A stretch of DNA of 64,000 nucleotides from Geosiphon pyriformis uo1 (lineage: Eukaryota > Fungi > Glomeromycota). The notes beneath the pieces are model-generated. The model had not been told where the DNA came from, ran no database searches, and saw only the letters and a program-made list of their open reading frames with translations. Positions 12,101-25,771 of this stretch are shown piece after piece. The position numbers were made by a program, and so were the translations under genes. Every line of letters starts with the position of its first letter. Within the stretch, counting starts at the first letter, position 1. Location: assembly GCA_016748015.1 (NCBI GenBank), contig JAAOMT010000046.1:516273-580272 (forward strand), read 5' to 3'.

Positions 12101-15100
12101 TTGATCAGATAAAATCTTAGAAAATATTTTACATGCAATATTAACTAATGTGATAGGTCTAGTATTTATTAGAACACCATTTCATTCATAAGGTTTTGGA
12201 ATCATAGAAACCCACACTTTTTTTTAGGGATTAAGAACTGCACCCTGACTTAAACACAAATTCAACAGTCTTAAAAGACAGACCAAAACCTCTTTATCAC
12301 AATGCTTCCAAAGTTCATTAAATATCCCTAACAACTCAGCAGCTTTATTATTTGGCAGGTTATCAACAACCAAAGACAATTCTTCCATACCAATTACATC
12401 TATTACATCAGAAAAAGCATTATTATCTACATAATTTAGAGGCATATATTGTCGAGACCAGAGGTTAGGCATTTTTGGAAGAATTAATCACTTTCTTGTC
12501 CACCCTTCTATAATTTTATCGACCCTGAGCAATACCTCTTTAGACTCAACAACCAGCTTATTATCCACTACTAAGTGATCCAAAACTATCTTGTGAAATA
12601 GATGTTTCAAGATGCTTTTTATTATTTTCTCTTTGTTAAAACAAAAATTATCCATATGGTAGTCAATCGTCTTTCTTATAGTAGTATTCTTAGCAATTCT
12701 AGACTTGCAATATTTGGACTTTCAATACTTCTTTCTTACTACTAACAAATGCTTAACCAGCTTCACTAAGCTCATACCAGTTAAAACTATGCTATTAACC
12801 TTGGAAGCCTCAACACTATTAATAGCCAACCAGACCTTAATAAGATGGTTGAAATTCAATAAATCACCAGAATTCCAACATTTCAAAATCTTTGCAATAA
12901 GCTGTTCCAATTTAAAGAATCTTAAAGATTGTTTATTCCTTGAACAGTCACATTCACCATATTACATCTTAGAGAAAACTGTATTGGCAGCTTGTACTAT
13001 GGCCTCTTCTAGCATTTTTCACATTGTATTTAAGTTACTGTTGTCTTCTGCCTCTTCAAACATATCCAACCTAGCCAACAATTCAGCAAACATGTGGTCT
13101 TTAAAGCCCAACTATTAAACATCATTTACATCCTTTAAATTGAATTTCTACTGGTTTTTGTTGGCTTGCCTGCAAATGCTAATAAGATGGGCATTCAGTA
13201 GTCCACTCAGACCAATTGAAACTGAAACTGACTTATAATCTGTATCAAAAAACTCAGACACATCATTGACCTTATGTGATGTAATAGTAGACACCAAATT
13301 TCCACTCACTAAAATAAAATCAATTACCCTCTCAACACTCTTAGAATAGCTTCAAGTAATAGCTTTGGCCAGCAAGTGTCCATCAAAAGTGTTAACTAGA
13401 TCCAAACCCAAACAAAACTTGAAACTTGCACTTTTTTGAGATCCATTCTCATTAAAGTTACCACCCAAAATCACAAAAAAGCTGGAATTAACCACCTTGA
13501 AAATCATAAAATTGATAACAGCAGCTTGACCAAAATGTGTGCCAACAGACACACCAGTATATAGACCCAAAATCATAACTGAAAGCTTGTTTTTGAACAA
13601 AAAACACACAGAAATCAACTGACCAGGAATCTCATCTACTTTCAAAACATGTTAAGCCAAAGAAGTATTCATGATAATGGCAATGCCAGCACCTCAAAAA
13701 CTAACATCCAAACCAGTAGTAAAGACCTAGACACCATCAAACTTACTCATAATCCAAGACTTAATATCAGATCTCAATTTTGTCTTAGTAACAATAGAAA
13801 TCATATTATCCAAATTCTTATGTTAATGAACAATGTTATCTTGTTTAGCCAAATTCATCATACTCCTAGTATTATATGTAGTCACCCTCCAAACAAGCTT
13901 ACTCATTGATGCAAATAATGTGTCAAGGAGTCTGAATTTACACACAACAGGTTTAATTTCCCCAAAATTAAGTTAATAGAAACTTCAAGAGCTATTATTT
14001 TAGATTTTAATCTGCCAACTTTAGAAGTCAGAACTTTTAAATTACTTAAACCCAAATCAACTGTTTTTTCTTTTATCTTAAGAGATGAAGGAGGAAGAGA
14101 TGGCTGTAGAATATCCAAAACCATATTAGCATCTGACATTGACAACACAAGAATAGAGACATTTGAATGTCCAACTTTGGAAACAGGCACCAAGGGCACC
14201 AGCTCCACACCATTCAATCTGTATAAAACATCTGATACTTGATTAGCTAACAATTTCAAAGAGTGTTCTAATGAAGTCTGACAATTGTTAATTGAGAAAC
14301 TATCATGATTAGCCAGAGTATCCCCTTTATTATGGACAATACCAAGAGAAAAAAAACCAGTCCCAAAACCAGAACTGAAATGAAAGCCACCAGAAAAAGA
14401 AGCGATTGAAACTACTTACGTCCAAAACTTGCCACCAAAAGCAGCAGAACAGAAAATAGGAACATTTTTCTTCACATACAGCTTTGCTAGCTGAAGGCAA
14501 TGTATATCTAAAGTGACTTTTTTAATAAACCTTGAAGATTTAGCATTAGGTGCAATAGTTGTATCACACTCCATAGCAAAATAACCAAAGCATTCACAAT
14601 TCCTACAGTAAACCAAATCCAATCTAGTCCAAGAAAGTTTAATACCACCAAAAATTGGCTCAGTTCAATATGCAAATTCAAGACATGCTTTAGATTCAAA
14701 ATCAACCACAGCATATCAAATTTGGTTGCCAGTATCAAGTGAGTGATTAATGATGTAAGTTTTGCTGCCAATCTTGTCCAAAAGAGTGCCCAGATCATGA
14801 GCAATTGTATTCACAGACAAAGTAAACAACAAAGCCCTAAACCAATCCCTTGATGTCCAGATATTGCAATCTCTTTCAGCCATAGTCACATGTACCGAAT
14901 TTTTACCAATTAGAAAGAACCATCTAACAGCCAAAAGCTCAGCCTGATCTAATTCAGCAAATTTCACTACAGCCTTTTGCCATAATCCAATTAGTTAAAC
15001 TTTGATCAACTTAATTTTGCCAAACTCAGCTAGAGCAGTGACAATTATTTTCTTCAGTGTGTTTATGAGAATTTTTTTGATGACCACAGCCCAATCTGAA

Positions 15101-15900
15101 TGAATTCCTTGTCTCTTAAGATTGTTGTTTACATTGATCTCTTTTTTTCTGGCCAATGATATGGCTATTTCCATGCTTTTTTCTGAAATAAAGATAGATC
15201 AGATGATCTCTTCAAATTTTGAAGGGGTAGTGGTCCCCCCAAAACCATTAACTAATGAAAATAATTTTCTGATGAATTAAGTTTTGGCTGTCGCTGATTT
15301 TCCATCCACAGCTAATAGATTAATGTTCAAAGCAAAAGATTTTTTTACTGACACCTCAACTTGAATTTTTATGATCTTAGGATCAATTCACTTTTTATCA
15401 AGAGAGAATTAGGGGAGGAGAGAAAAAGCCCACTTCTTTATCTATTTCAAAGTTTATAACTCTAACAGAAGGACCACTAATTAAACCAATATTGCTCTTC
15501 TTAGCTTTGGGAGTAGAAGCTGCTGAACCAAGAAGAAAACCACTATTTGAGCCCACCACAAAGCCACCAGCTTCATTGTCACTGTACTTACTGTCCATAT
15601 TCAAATACATACCCTCACTGACACCAGGTTTGACCAACAAAATTTTCTTTTCATCTCCAGAGTGTTTTATATTGCCAACAGAAACCTTCTTCTTTTGAGA
15701 GAAAGTACTATCAACAGAGCCATAAAGGGCACCTTTTGGGCCTTTTTTTATAGACATAATGCTATTTAAAGCAGCCTTTAGGCTTACTACAAAGGAGTTA
15801 TTAGCTTGAAAAATGTTGAAGGTAATATAACAAGTGAGATAAAAAACAAAAACTTCTTTTTCAAAATTTGCTTTTTGGGGAATTTGGACGAAGGAAAGAA
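9101..15900 (-). mobile_element. LINE (non-LTR retrotransposon) copy 1, apparently full length, degenerate; ORF1 (~15757-13903) and ORF2 EN-RT-RNaseH (~13906-9215)
   Basis: ORF1 with a degenerate Zn knuckle (CRNCECFGYFAMEC). APE endonuclease motifs (ILGGNFNE, VIDFILV). RT motifs (LQDMHKAYN, QGEVFSLLL, FVDDT). RNase H motifs (VYTDRS, ELQ, YSDS, KVKGHSGVVGN). 3' UTR is shared with copy 2. 5' boundary is approximate. Confidence 0.9.
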
Positions 15901-15904
15901 AGAA

Positions 15905-16686
15905 GTTTTATTATATTATTTAAAAATAATAACAATTTATTAATAATTAAAAGTATTAACTTATTATATAAAACCAAATTTTTTTTATTTATAATTATTC
16001 TAAAATTTAATTAATTATATTTTATTATAATAAACAATTTCCAAATTATGAATAAAATTAATAATTTTATTAATAATAACTTTAATAATTTTATTAATAA
16101 TAACTTTAATATTATTAAAAATAAATAGAATTTTACAATACTAATCTGTAAAAACAATTTTTTTGTACAAAACAATATATATTATATTATTAAATACACA
16201 GAAAAATAATATTTATAATATATATAAAAATATAATAAACACTTTTGACAATAATATTTATTAAATAATAAATAAATTTAATATTTTTTTATAAGTATTA
16301 AAATCTATTAAATCTTACTACAATAAAGATATAAAACATTAAAATATTTTTTACTATATAAATATTTTTAAATTATTAAAAAAAAATAATAATATAAAGT
16401 TTTAATAAAATAAAAATACAAATTAATTATAATATTATTTATAAATTCAAAAATTATATATAAATTAAAATATCAAATCAAAAAATTTTAAATTCAATTA
16501 ATGTTTCTAATTATATTTTTATTAATAATATTAAAACTAAATTCAATTTCTTAATAAGTATAACAAATAATTTTAAAACCATTATAAATAAAGTATTAGG
16601 TATTTTTTAAAAACAGCTGTTTTATTTGTTTTAATATATTTTTTATAAATATTAACAATAAATAATTTTTTTTATTAACATATTTA
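15905..16686. other. Second extremely AT-rich tract
   Basis: Same composition as 5950-7835; no ORF. Confidence 0.55.
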
Positions 16687-19600
16687 ATGAGTAAAACCCA
16701 ACTATTATCTAGTATATAGAGCCAAACTAAGTGACCCAAACTAAATACAGCTTATACACTTACTATATGTGGTTAGCCACTCAAATCAGACAAGACAACA
16801 CTATACACTTATACTAATTTATACATTACCATTTAGACCAGAAAAAAAATAACATGGCTTGTAATAACCAAAACTAATAGCAAAAGTCTTAACAATACCA
16901 AGCAGCCTAACTATCTTATCAAAAAACATTGAGGACACCTTACAAAGCAGTCCAGAAATCACACCACTATTATGAACTAAACCAATTTTTTCTATTTTCA
17001 TTCTGTGCTCTAATCTCACCAACCATGTCTTAGCATAATGCAATTCTACAACAAATCTTATATATTCAACAATCTTAACAACAGTTTTTTTTCTATCTTT
17101 GAAAATACCAAAAGTCTTATCACATTATTTCTTCAACATAAATTTCTTATACACTACAGTATATAAACCAACATCTAAAAAATATTGAGAGAGGACCTGC
17201 AAAATAGCAGAAGAAAACAAATCATAAACACCAGCCAAAGCAGTTTACTATGCAGAAGTCTCAACCAAAATTTCACCACAAACAATAATATTCTAAGTAT
17301 AAGTAAAAGCATGATTCAAAAACTCCATCTCACTACACAACAAATACAGCATACCAAAATAACTTTTATTGTACAACTTTTTTTTGACTGCTACTGGCAG
17401 CCACTTGTGTATAACTTTTATCAAATATGTGCACAAGTTGGAAGACTTCTGACTAGTAAACCTAGTGAGCATATAAAAATTGGGGTGCCATATCTTTGCA
17501 GTAAAAGTCTAGTTTACATACTTAATCAACATATCCAGAACCACACTTTCGCACACCAGCCAGTAATAAAAAAGAAGACTGCACAGCTATTCCAGCTGCA
17601 GAATTAGTCTTTACATTACCAACAACTCCAGAATGGTCCTTAATTTTAACCCAATTCACAATAAAATTTTTATCCCTAATCAAATTAAAAATATGCTGTC
17701 TCTTAATCCAACACCAGTTATGAAAATCAGATATAGCAAATAACAATTTCAATATACACACATTAATAGCAGCTTGGCTATTGAGATGTAATACTACTGT
17801 ACTAGAAGGTGGAACACACTTTAAAAACAAAACAACAACTTGCAACTTGGCCATAATAAAAAACAAGAGACCACAAACTGCAACATCAATACTTATATCC
17901 AAGACTGGAAAGTACATAGCTGCACTACTAGTAATATCAGCAGAGCCAACATCCTTTAATAAACCATCTATATACATTTCAAAAAGACCAAACCAAATCT
18001 TGTGCAAACCATTTCTCACAGCAAATAGCTTGTCAGATCTCAGAATATTCAAACCATATAACCAAGCAAAATTAACACAGTTAGATAGAGATGAAATATG
18101 ACTCAACAAGTACTTAGATGTAATCCCAAACCAGCAAGAAACAGAGCCCTATAGATCCAGTCTCTTCCAATAATGAAAAGTCTTTCAATCCAATACACTA
18201 CCCTTTTTATCAACAAATCAATCACCAAAAGCAATCCCAAAGTGTTTTAGAGAACAAACAGAATCAAAGTACAATGCTTTTCCAAGAATCAATAATATTA
18301 GAAAATAACCAGAATTGCAAAAAGCATTAAGAAAATTGTTTGCTAAAAAAAGCTTACTGCTTAAAAAAATTTTTACTATACCAGCCAAAAAATTGTTCAT
18401 CAGACTAACACATAACTTGACAAAAAATTACAAAAGATCCAAAGGAGCCCACCCTAAAACTTGTAAGTCCAAAAATCTATAATTAAATAATCATCCAATA
18501 ATGTTTAAAACATTAAAAAAAAACACCAAAAAACCCATCTTTTCTTCAGATTGCACCTGTTTAAAAGATTTTAAGTCATACAAAGAGGGATAATATAAAA
18601 CAGTATTAAAAAAATCATAGGGCAAACATGTTTTAAGTTTTAGATCCTTCTTAAGCATAGCATCTTATTTGTAATACATATTAGCTGAGACAAAACTAAA
18701 CTGAGTCCAGTAGTTAATTATAGATTACAAGACAGCCAATACTAAATATGAGAATTGTTTATTCATAATAGTCTTCCTAAGAACAACATTAACAAAGGAC
18801 CAAACATTAGAATAAGCCTTGGAAACACTTGGCTTGGATAAACTTTCAGTAAACAAAAAAATCTTCAGATAGTAATGTGTTTCATTTTTCTTGGCAATTG
18901 AAATCAGCTAATTATCAATATTTAAAAAAGCAACCCTAACCTCCTGATTAATGGAAATAGCCACTATTTTTTCATTGTTAATAGAAATATTATTGATAAC
19001 AAAAAACTTACTGGCAATGTTTAAAGTATATTGAGTAGCAGCCTAACAGTTTTTGATCCAAATTGTATTATCAACAAACATGTCTACTATAAAATAAGAA
19101 CTTATTTTGCCACTACTTTCAACTCTGCCTATCTTTGAAACAAACTTAGTATTGATCTAGTACCCACACAATTGTTTATGTTTTTTAATTTTACACAAAA
19201 GCAAATTGTAGAAGATCTTCCAAAGAAAAAGTGAAAAGACTTTATCTTAATCCAAACCATTATGCACTCTATAGCTATTTAACAAGCCAAAATTAGTTAT
19301 CACTCTGTTTATCCTATTTTTATGTATATTGCCAAAAATCTTATGAATCTGTTACATATTTTGATCCATTGTAAGCTAGCCTTCAAGTAATGCCACTTAA
19401 TAAAATTGTATACTTTATGTATATCTTACAAGACTAACCAAAGTTTTCTATCCTTTTTGAGAGCATTTTCAATCACTAACCTGATAGTAAATACAGAAGA
19501 TTGTATGGATATATTCTTTAATACTGAAAAGTTATTACTCTAAAAAACATCAAACTTGTTATATGCAGATAAAATATGATCAGACAGAACCTTAAAGAAA

Positions 19601-22019
19601 ATTTTCCTAGCAGTCTCAATCAAAGCTATAAGTTAAGTATTTGTAAAAATCCCATTTCAGTCATAAGGTTTAGAAATTATTGAAATCTATGCTCTTTTTC
19701 ATAAAGCAAAAACACCACTGACAGCCAAACATGTATTTAATAGCTTTAAAAGCCACCTCAAAACTTTATTACCATTATGTTTTCACATTTTATTAAAAAT
19801 GCCAGACAATTTAATAGCTTTGCCATTAAGTAGACTATCAACAACCAAGAGCAAATTACTTATACTAATAAGATATATTACAACAAAAAAAACATCATCT
19901 TTTACATGATTTAATGGTGTTATCAGAGATTTTTGGTCTCTTTTCTTGAATGTTGTTAATGTTGATTTGCTGTAAATTTACATTCTCAAAAAGTAGTTGG
20001 ACTTTTAGTAACTGAATTTATCTTCAAATTATCTTTTATAATTTGAACTACTGAGCTTATAAGTGGAATGGCCAATTCCATGTCAGTTGTTTTGTGTAGT
20101 TACATTGTAGTAAATATCAATTCTTTTCCAGGAATTGCTTGTCTAAAAGCTTACTAAAATGTGTAGTTACTTTGCTGTAAAAGTTAACTCTTCTACAGGA
20201 ATTTTGTTTGTAGGCTACCCTAATAATTGTAATAAAAAAATAAAAGAAAAATAAAAGAAATGTAAAAGAAATGGGATTTTATCAAGAGAAACGTTTTTTA
20301 TTCAGGCCTGGAGTCACTAACAGATTACTGAAATTAATAGCTAATCAATTTTAAAACATTAGTTTGTGTTGAGAGAATTTCAAATGTAATAATCAAAAAA
20401 TTTAATTTTCGAATATTTAATTTTTATTTGAATGTGTAAAAAGTGATTTGTTCCAATTAAAATATCTAAAGTAAGATACTATGAAAAGATGTATTTTTTT
20501 GAAGAGAGAAGCTCTTTTTTTATATAACTTGTTGTAGTACTAGTCTTTGAACTTGCACTTTTCTCTTTGCTACAATTTGGGTAAACTAAAGATACATTTT
20601 AGCAAACTACAAGTTATTTCACTAAACTATTGATTATTTCGGCCAATTTTTATTAATTTTGGCAAATTTTGACTATGTTAAATAGTTCAGAGTATTGTGT
20701 AATTTGATCATCTTAATTTTTATTGTACAAATCGAATTATTGATTAAGTAATAATATTTGATAATTTGATTAATTAATAAGTAATAATTAAAATAATAAT
20801 AATATATGCTAATTAATAATAAGAATTATGAGGGTAATTTCATGCTAATTAATAGTTAAAATTCTACTGGTAACAATGGCACATATTGTCTAGTCCAGAG
20901 ATTAGACAACACCAAAGACACTTTCCACACTCTTATTCAGCTTTCTATAATTCTATTAACACTATGCTTCACCTTATTTGGCTCCAAAACCAACTTTTTA
21001 TTTACTACTAAATGATTCAAAACCACTTTGTAAAAAGACTTGTCTAAAATATTCTTTATTATGCTCTCTTTATTCAAACAAAAGCTTTCTATGTACTTGT
21101 TAATTGCTTTCTTAATAGACATCTTTTTAGCCAATTTTGACTCATAAAGCTTAAACTTTCTGTACTTCTTTTAAACCATTAACAAATGCTTAAGAATAAT
21201 CATTGACTTTTTATTAAGTTAAATCATATTCATAATCTTACAAGCCTTATCAGAGTCTAGAGTTGACTATTTTTCAATGAAATACTTAAAACCAAGCATA
21301 TTACCTAAGCCCAATCTCTTAACAATCTTGGCAACTAACAATTTCAACCCAAAAAATTTTGAATATTGTTTGTTTTTTAAATACTGATATATACTAAACC
21401 AATATTTAGAAAATGTCTTATCAGCTGATTCCATTATTACTTTTTTCAACAACTTCCATATTATATTTAAATTATTACAAGCTTCTGTTACCAAGAACTC
21501 ATTCTCTACTGCTGACAACTTAGCTATAGAACACTCTTTAAATTTCACTCATTTAGTAACATTTGCATCCTTGATCTTAAACTTTTAATGGTCTTTGTTA
21601 GCCTGCTTGCACAAGCTATTTAAATGAACATTTAGAAGTCCATCCAAGCTAATAGATACCATAACAGCTTTATGATTAGTGTTGAAAAATCTAGAAACAG
21701 ATCCAATCTTATAACCAATAACAGCTAAAGACAAATTCTCACTAAAAAAAATGTAATTAATAGTTTTCTTAACCTTTTTTGAATTGTTTCACATAAAAGT
21801 TTTGGTTAAATAATGGCCAGAAAACAAATTGACCAAACCCAAATCCAAACAAAACTTGAAATTTATACTCTTTCCAAACTCATTTTTATTAAAGTCATTA
21901 CCTAATATCACAAAATTGCTGAAGTTGACAGCCTTTACAATAAGAGAGTTTATCTCCAAAGTCTGTTCAAATTTAGCTTTAGACAAAGCACCAATATACA
22001 AGTTCAAAACTGTAACCGA
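16687..22019 (-). mobile_element. LINE copy 2 (3' UTR to endonuclease), degenerate; interrupted by a solo LTR-A and cut at 22020 by Gypsy-B
   Basis: 3' end AAACCCAACT(G/A)(C/T)TATCTAGTA matches 9108-9128. RNase H (MYIDGL, KIKDHSGVVGN), RT (FVDNT) and EN (ILGNDFN) motifs. Confidence 0.88.
19918..20875 (-). mobile_element. Solo LTR, Gypsy family A
   Basis: TGTTA...TAACA termini. 4-bp TSD ATGG (19914-17 / 20876-79). Homologous to 31030-31999. Confidence 0.93.
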
Positions 22020-24756
22020 TGTTACTCATAAAATATAGAAATCATATTAGTATATAAATTAGCCAATCAAAAGTAGACATATTAAAATAAAAAATTCCAG
22101 GATTTCTTTTAAAGAAATTACAGGATTTCAGAATTACAGGATTCTTATATAAAAAATTGCAAGATTCCAGAATTCCAGGATTCTTCTTGAAAAATTACAG
22201 GATTTCAAAAATTCCAGGATTCCTGGTGTAAAGAATTAAGGAATTGAGAAATTGAGGAATCTCAATTATGTATATATAGCAGTAGTATTAGAAACAGAAA
22301 AGACATCTGAATTCTACTTCTTAATTAGCATTCATATATTTACACTATCAATAAATATACTTATTAATTATATTAATTCAATTGTCCACTATTAACACTT
22401 TATGTTAATAGTAACTTATATTTGATCACACTGGAACAATAGCTCTTAATTATGGCTATTGATGGAATACTAATTTAATTGCTTTGGCTTCATTTTCTGC
22501 ATTTTCTTTTATTTTTTTTTGTTGTTTTTTGTTGTTTACTAATTGATTAAGAATTAAGCACTAAATTACTGACATCAGGAATTGCCTGATAAAAGATTCC
22601 AAGCAAAAGGGTAGACACTAGAAATTAAAAATTACTTATCAAAGGATTGTCAGCCATCAAACCAAAAAAAAATTAATAGAATTGTGATTTCAAGAGGCTA
22701 CTAAAAACAATTATTGAATCTCTGTTTATTATACAAAGAACTCAACCAAAACCTTTAGATAATACTCATCATATTAGCTATTAAGCACCAAGTTACGGAT
22801 TTGTTATTTGATTTGAGACTCCAAAAAATTATCTGTAACATTTAGTGCTTTCTGTAAAATGTAAATCAACAGAAAACCAGTACCAACAACAATCATCTAA
22901 AACAGTGACAGAATCCAAAAAAATAGGGACAAACCACTTAGGATTTACAAAATCCTTATTCCAACATTATCACACTTATCTCAGATTAACAAATAGTAAT
23001 TGACCAACAGAATCAGCTTTTAATTGCTATATCAATGAAAAAATTACATACTATTTGGGAGGTTAAGAAAATCCAGAATCTACTTTTAATAATTTCTTCA
23101 ATAAATTATTTCAAAGCACCATTCTTTTACAAAACTATTTATTTGCACTCCTAATCATAGAAATAAACAGAAAAATTGAAAAATACACTAAGCAAAAATT
23201 TTCTATTACTTTTGCTGACAAAAGAAAAAGAAGATTACAAACACCAGCAAAAACTCCAAAGCAAATACAAGTATCTACTTAAAAAAAACAAAGAGTTGAT
23301 TTATCTGCCAATCTATTATACTATTACACACTTAAAAGCACCATCAATATAATATCAATAGACATGTTCACCACAAACATAACAACACCACTAAACAGAA
23401 TTCCATTCCAAAGTAAATAGAAGAAAACAGAGTTATTAAAAACATATAATGATTATTTTGAGAGATTTAAATCATAATTTCTAATACCATTAAGAGTTTA
23501 ATCACTGCCACTACAACCAGATTTTGGAGCCATTAGTTCTTGGGAAATAACTGACTCCAAGAGAAAAAAAGACAGCGATCAAGAAATTAATAAGCAAAAT
23601 CCAATTCTAGAAAACCTGAAAATTTAAACCCTAATCATTTCAACTCAGCAAAATCAAAACAATTCAAATATTGTTTCTATTGTTCTTCAAAACTTACCTC
23701 CAGTAAATGTGATCAATTCACTACTCCAGCAGCAACTGCAACAACAATTTCAATTACAATTGCAACAACAACTATTATTAGCACTGATAGCATACACATT
23801 TATCACCAAAATTAAGAAATTTACCAGTAAAAAAAACAATGCCCAAGTATGAGTTAATAACATGGAAAAAGCCATCACAGTTAATGGATAATATGACATT
23901 AAAACATTATAGGCAATTCCATATTTTCTACAGAATACTGCTAACTCATAGTATCAAAGTTTGGCAAATAAACTCCAAGATTTCAATGCATTTAAAATTG
24001 AGTTCCTAAGATATTTTAGTAACAATAATAACATTAACTGTTTGGTCAATACATTCATCACTATAAAACAAAAAAATGCCAAAGCAGTCACCACTTACTT
24101 AGAATGTTTCTATCAAAATCTGCACCAGATCCAAACAATTAATGCTAACTATTTTATAGAGCCACAAATTTTAAACCAGTTTATTTGTGGCTTATGCAGT
24201 AGCATCCTCCAACATATACACCCATTACATCCAGTCAACCTTCAAGCAGCAGTTACTCACGCCAGAGATTTTGAATCAGCAGAACTTAAAGCCAATCACA
24301 TCTAAGCCATAAATCTAGTAATGAATAGATTATCTAACTTGGATTCCAAATTGAAACAATTCAGTAATTCAATCAATCAGAAATTAAAAAGGTATTTAGT
24401 TAACAATTAGGCAATTTATCAACCATTACAATGATACAATAATTCAGAAAACTCAAATTGTTTCCAAAATCAGACACATTCATTATTAATAACCAATTAA
24501 CTATGGCAACCAGAGATGCACATTTGCTACGATTGTAATAAACAAAATTATGTTAGAGCCAGCTGCTAAGTTTATAGCAATAATTTATAATCAGAAAATC
24601 AATATTGAAACCACAATTGCAGATTTTAAACTCTGAGCTATTACCCAAATCAAGATCAATACCAACCTAATTACACCCAAATGATACAGCAACCAATATA
24701 CATATCTCCAATTTATCAACCAGTAACACTCATAATATATCAACCATCATAGCCAT

Positions 24757-25771
24757 TGTTACCAGTAGAATTTTAGCTATTAATTAGCATAAAATTACCC
24801 TTATAATTCCTATAATTAATCAGTATATTAATATCATTTCAAATTATCATTTATTATTTAATCAATTATCACATATCACGATTCAATTAAAATAATCTAA
24901 TTAGTATAACAGAAAGTAGGATGATCAAATTACACAATATCCTGAACTTTGTAACATTCAAAAATTTGCCAAAATTTACAGAAATTCGCCGAAATTTATA
25001 AGAAATTCGCCGAAATTTACAGAAATTCGCCGAAATTATGAATAGTTCACCCAAATTAATCAATAGTTCAGCGAAATAACTTGTAGTTTATCAAAATGTA
25101 TCTTTAGTTCACCGAAATTTGAGCAAAAAGAAAAAGTGCAAGTTCATAGACTAGTACTACAACAAGTTGTATAAAAGAAAAGCTTTTCTCTTCTGGAAAA
25201 TGTATCTTACTTTAGATTTATTACTTAGAACCATTCCTACACACACAAAAAGAAATAAATATTAAATAATTCAAAAAAACCAAATTCTTTAATTATTGCA
25301 CTTGAAAAATCTTCAAAACCCAACTAACATTTCGAAATTGATTAGCTACCAATTTCAGTAAATTGTTAGTGACTTCAGGCCTGAATAGAAAACATTTCTC
25401 TTGACAAAATTCTATTTCTTTTACATTTCTTTTATTTTTTTCTTTTATTTTCTTATTACAATTATTAAGGTAGTCTACAGATGAGATTCCTATAGAAGAG
25501 TTGACTTTCACAGCAAAGTAACCACACATTTTTAGTGAGCTTCCAAACGAGCAATTCCTGGAAAAGAGTTGATGTTTACTACAACATAACTACATAAAGT
25601 AACTGGTAAGGAATTGGCCATTCCACTTATAAGCCCAGCAGTTCAAATTATAGGAGATAATCTGAAGATAAATTCAGTTATTGGAGGTTTAACTACTTCC
25701 TAAAAATGTAAATTCACAGCAAATCAACATTACCAACATTTAAGAAAAAAGACCAAAAACCTCTGGTAATA
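24757..25771 (+). mobile_element. Solo LTR, Gypsy family A, inside Gypsy-B gag
   Basis: TGTTACCAG...CTGGTAATA termini. TSD CCAT (24753-56 / 25772-75). Confidence 0.92.
24961..25040 (+). repeat. ~20-bp tandem repeat (GAAATTCGCCGAAATTTACA-like, ~4 units) inside LTR-A
   Basis: Direct reading. Other LTR-A copies carry only about two units. Confidence 0.85.

Noticed and set aside
9092-15912. TSD for LINE copy 1 (AAATTTTAT / AAGTTTTAT)
   Set aside because: Short, imperfect and in very AT-rich DNA; not distinguishable from chance.
22090-22265. Repeat arrays here and at 24961-25040 as possible CRISPR
   Set aside because: No unique spacers and no cas genes; both lie within LTRs of a eukaryote.
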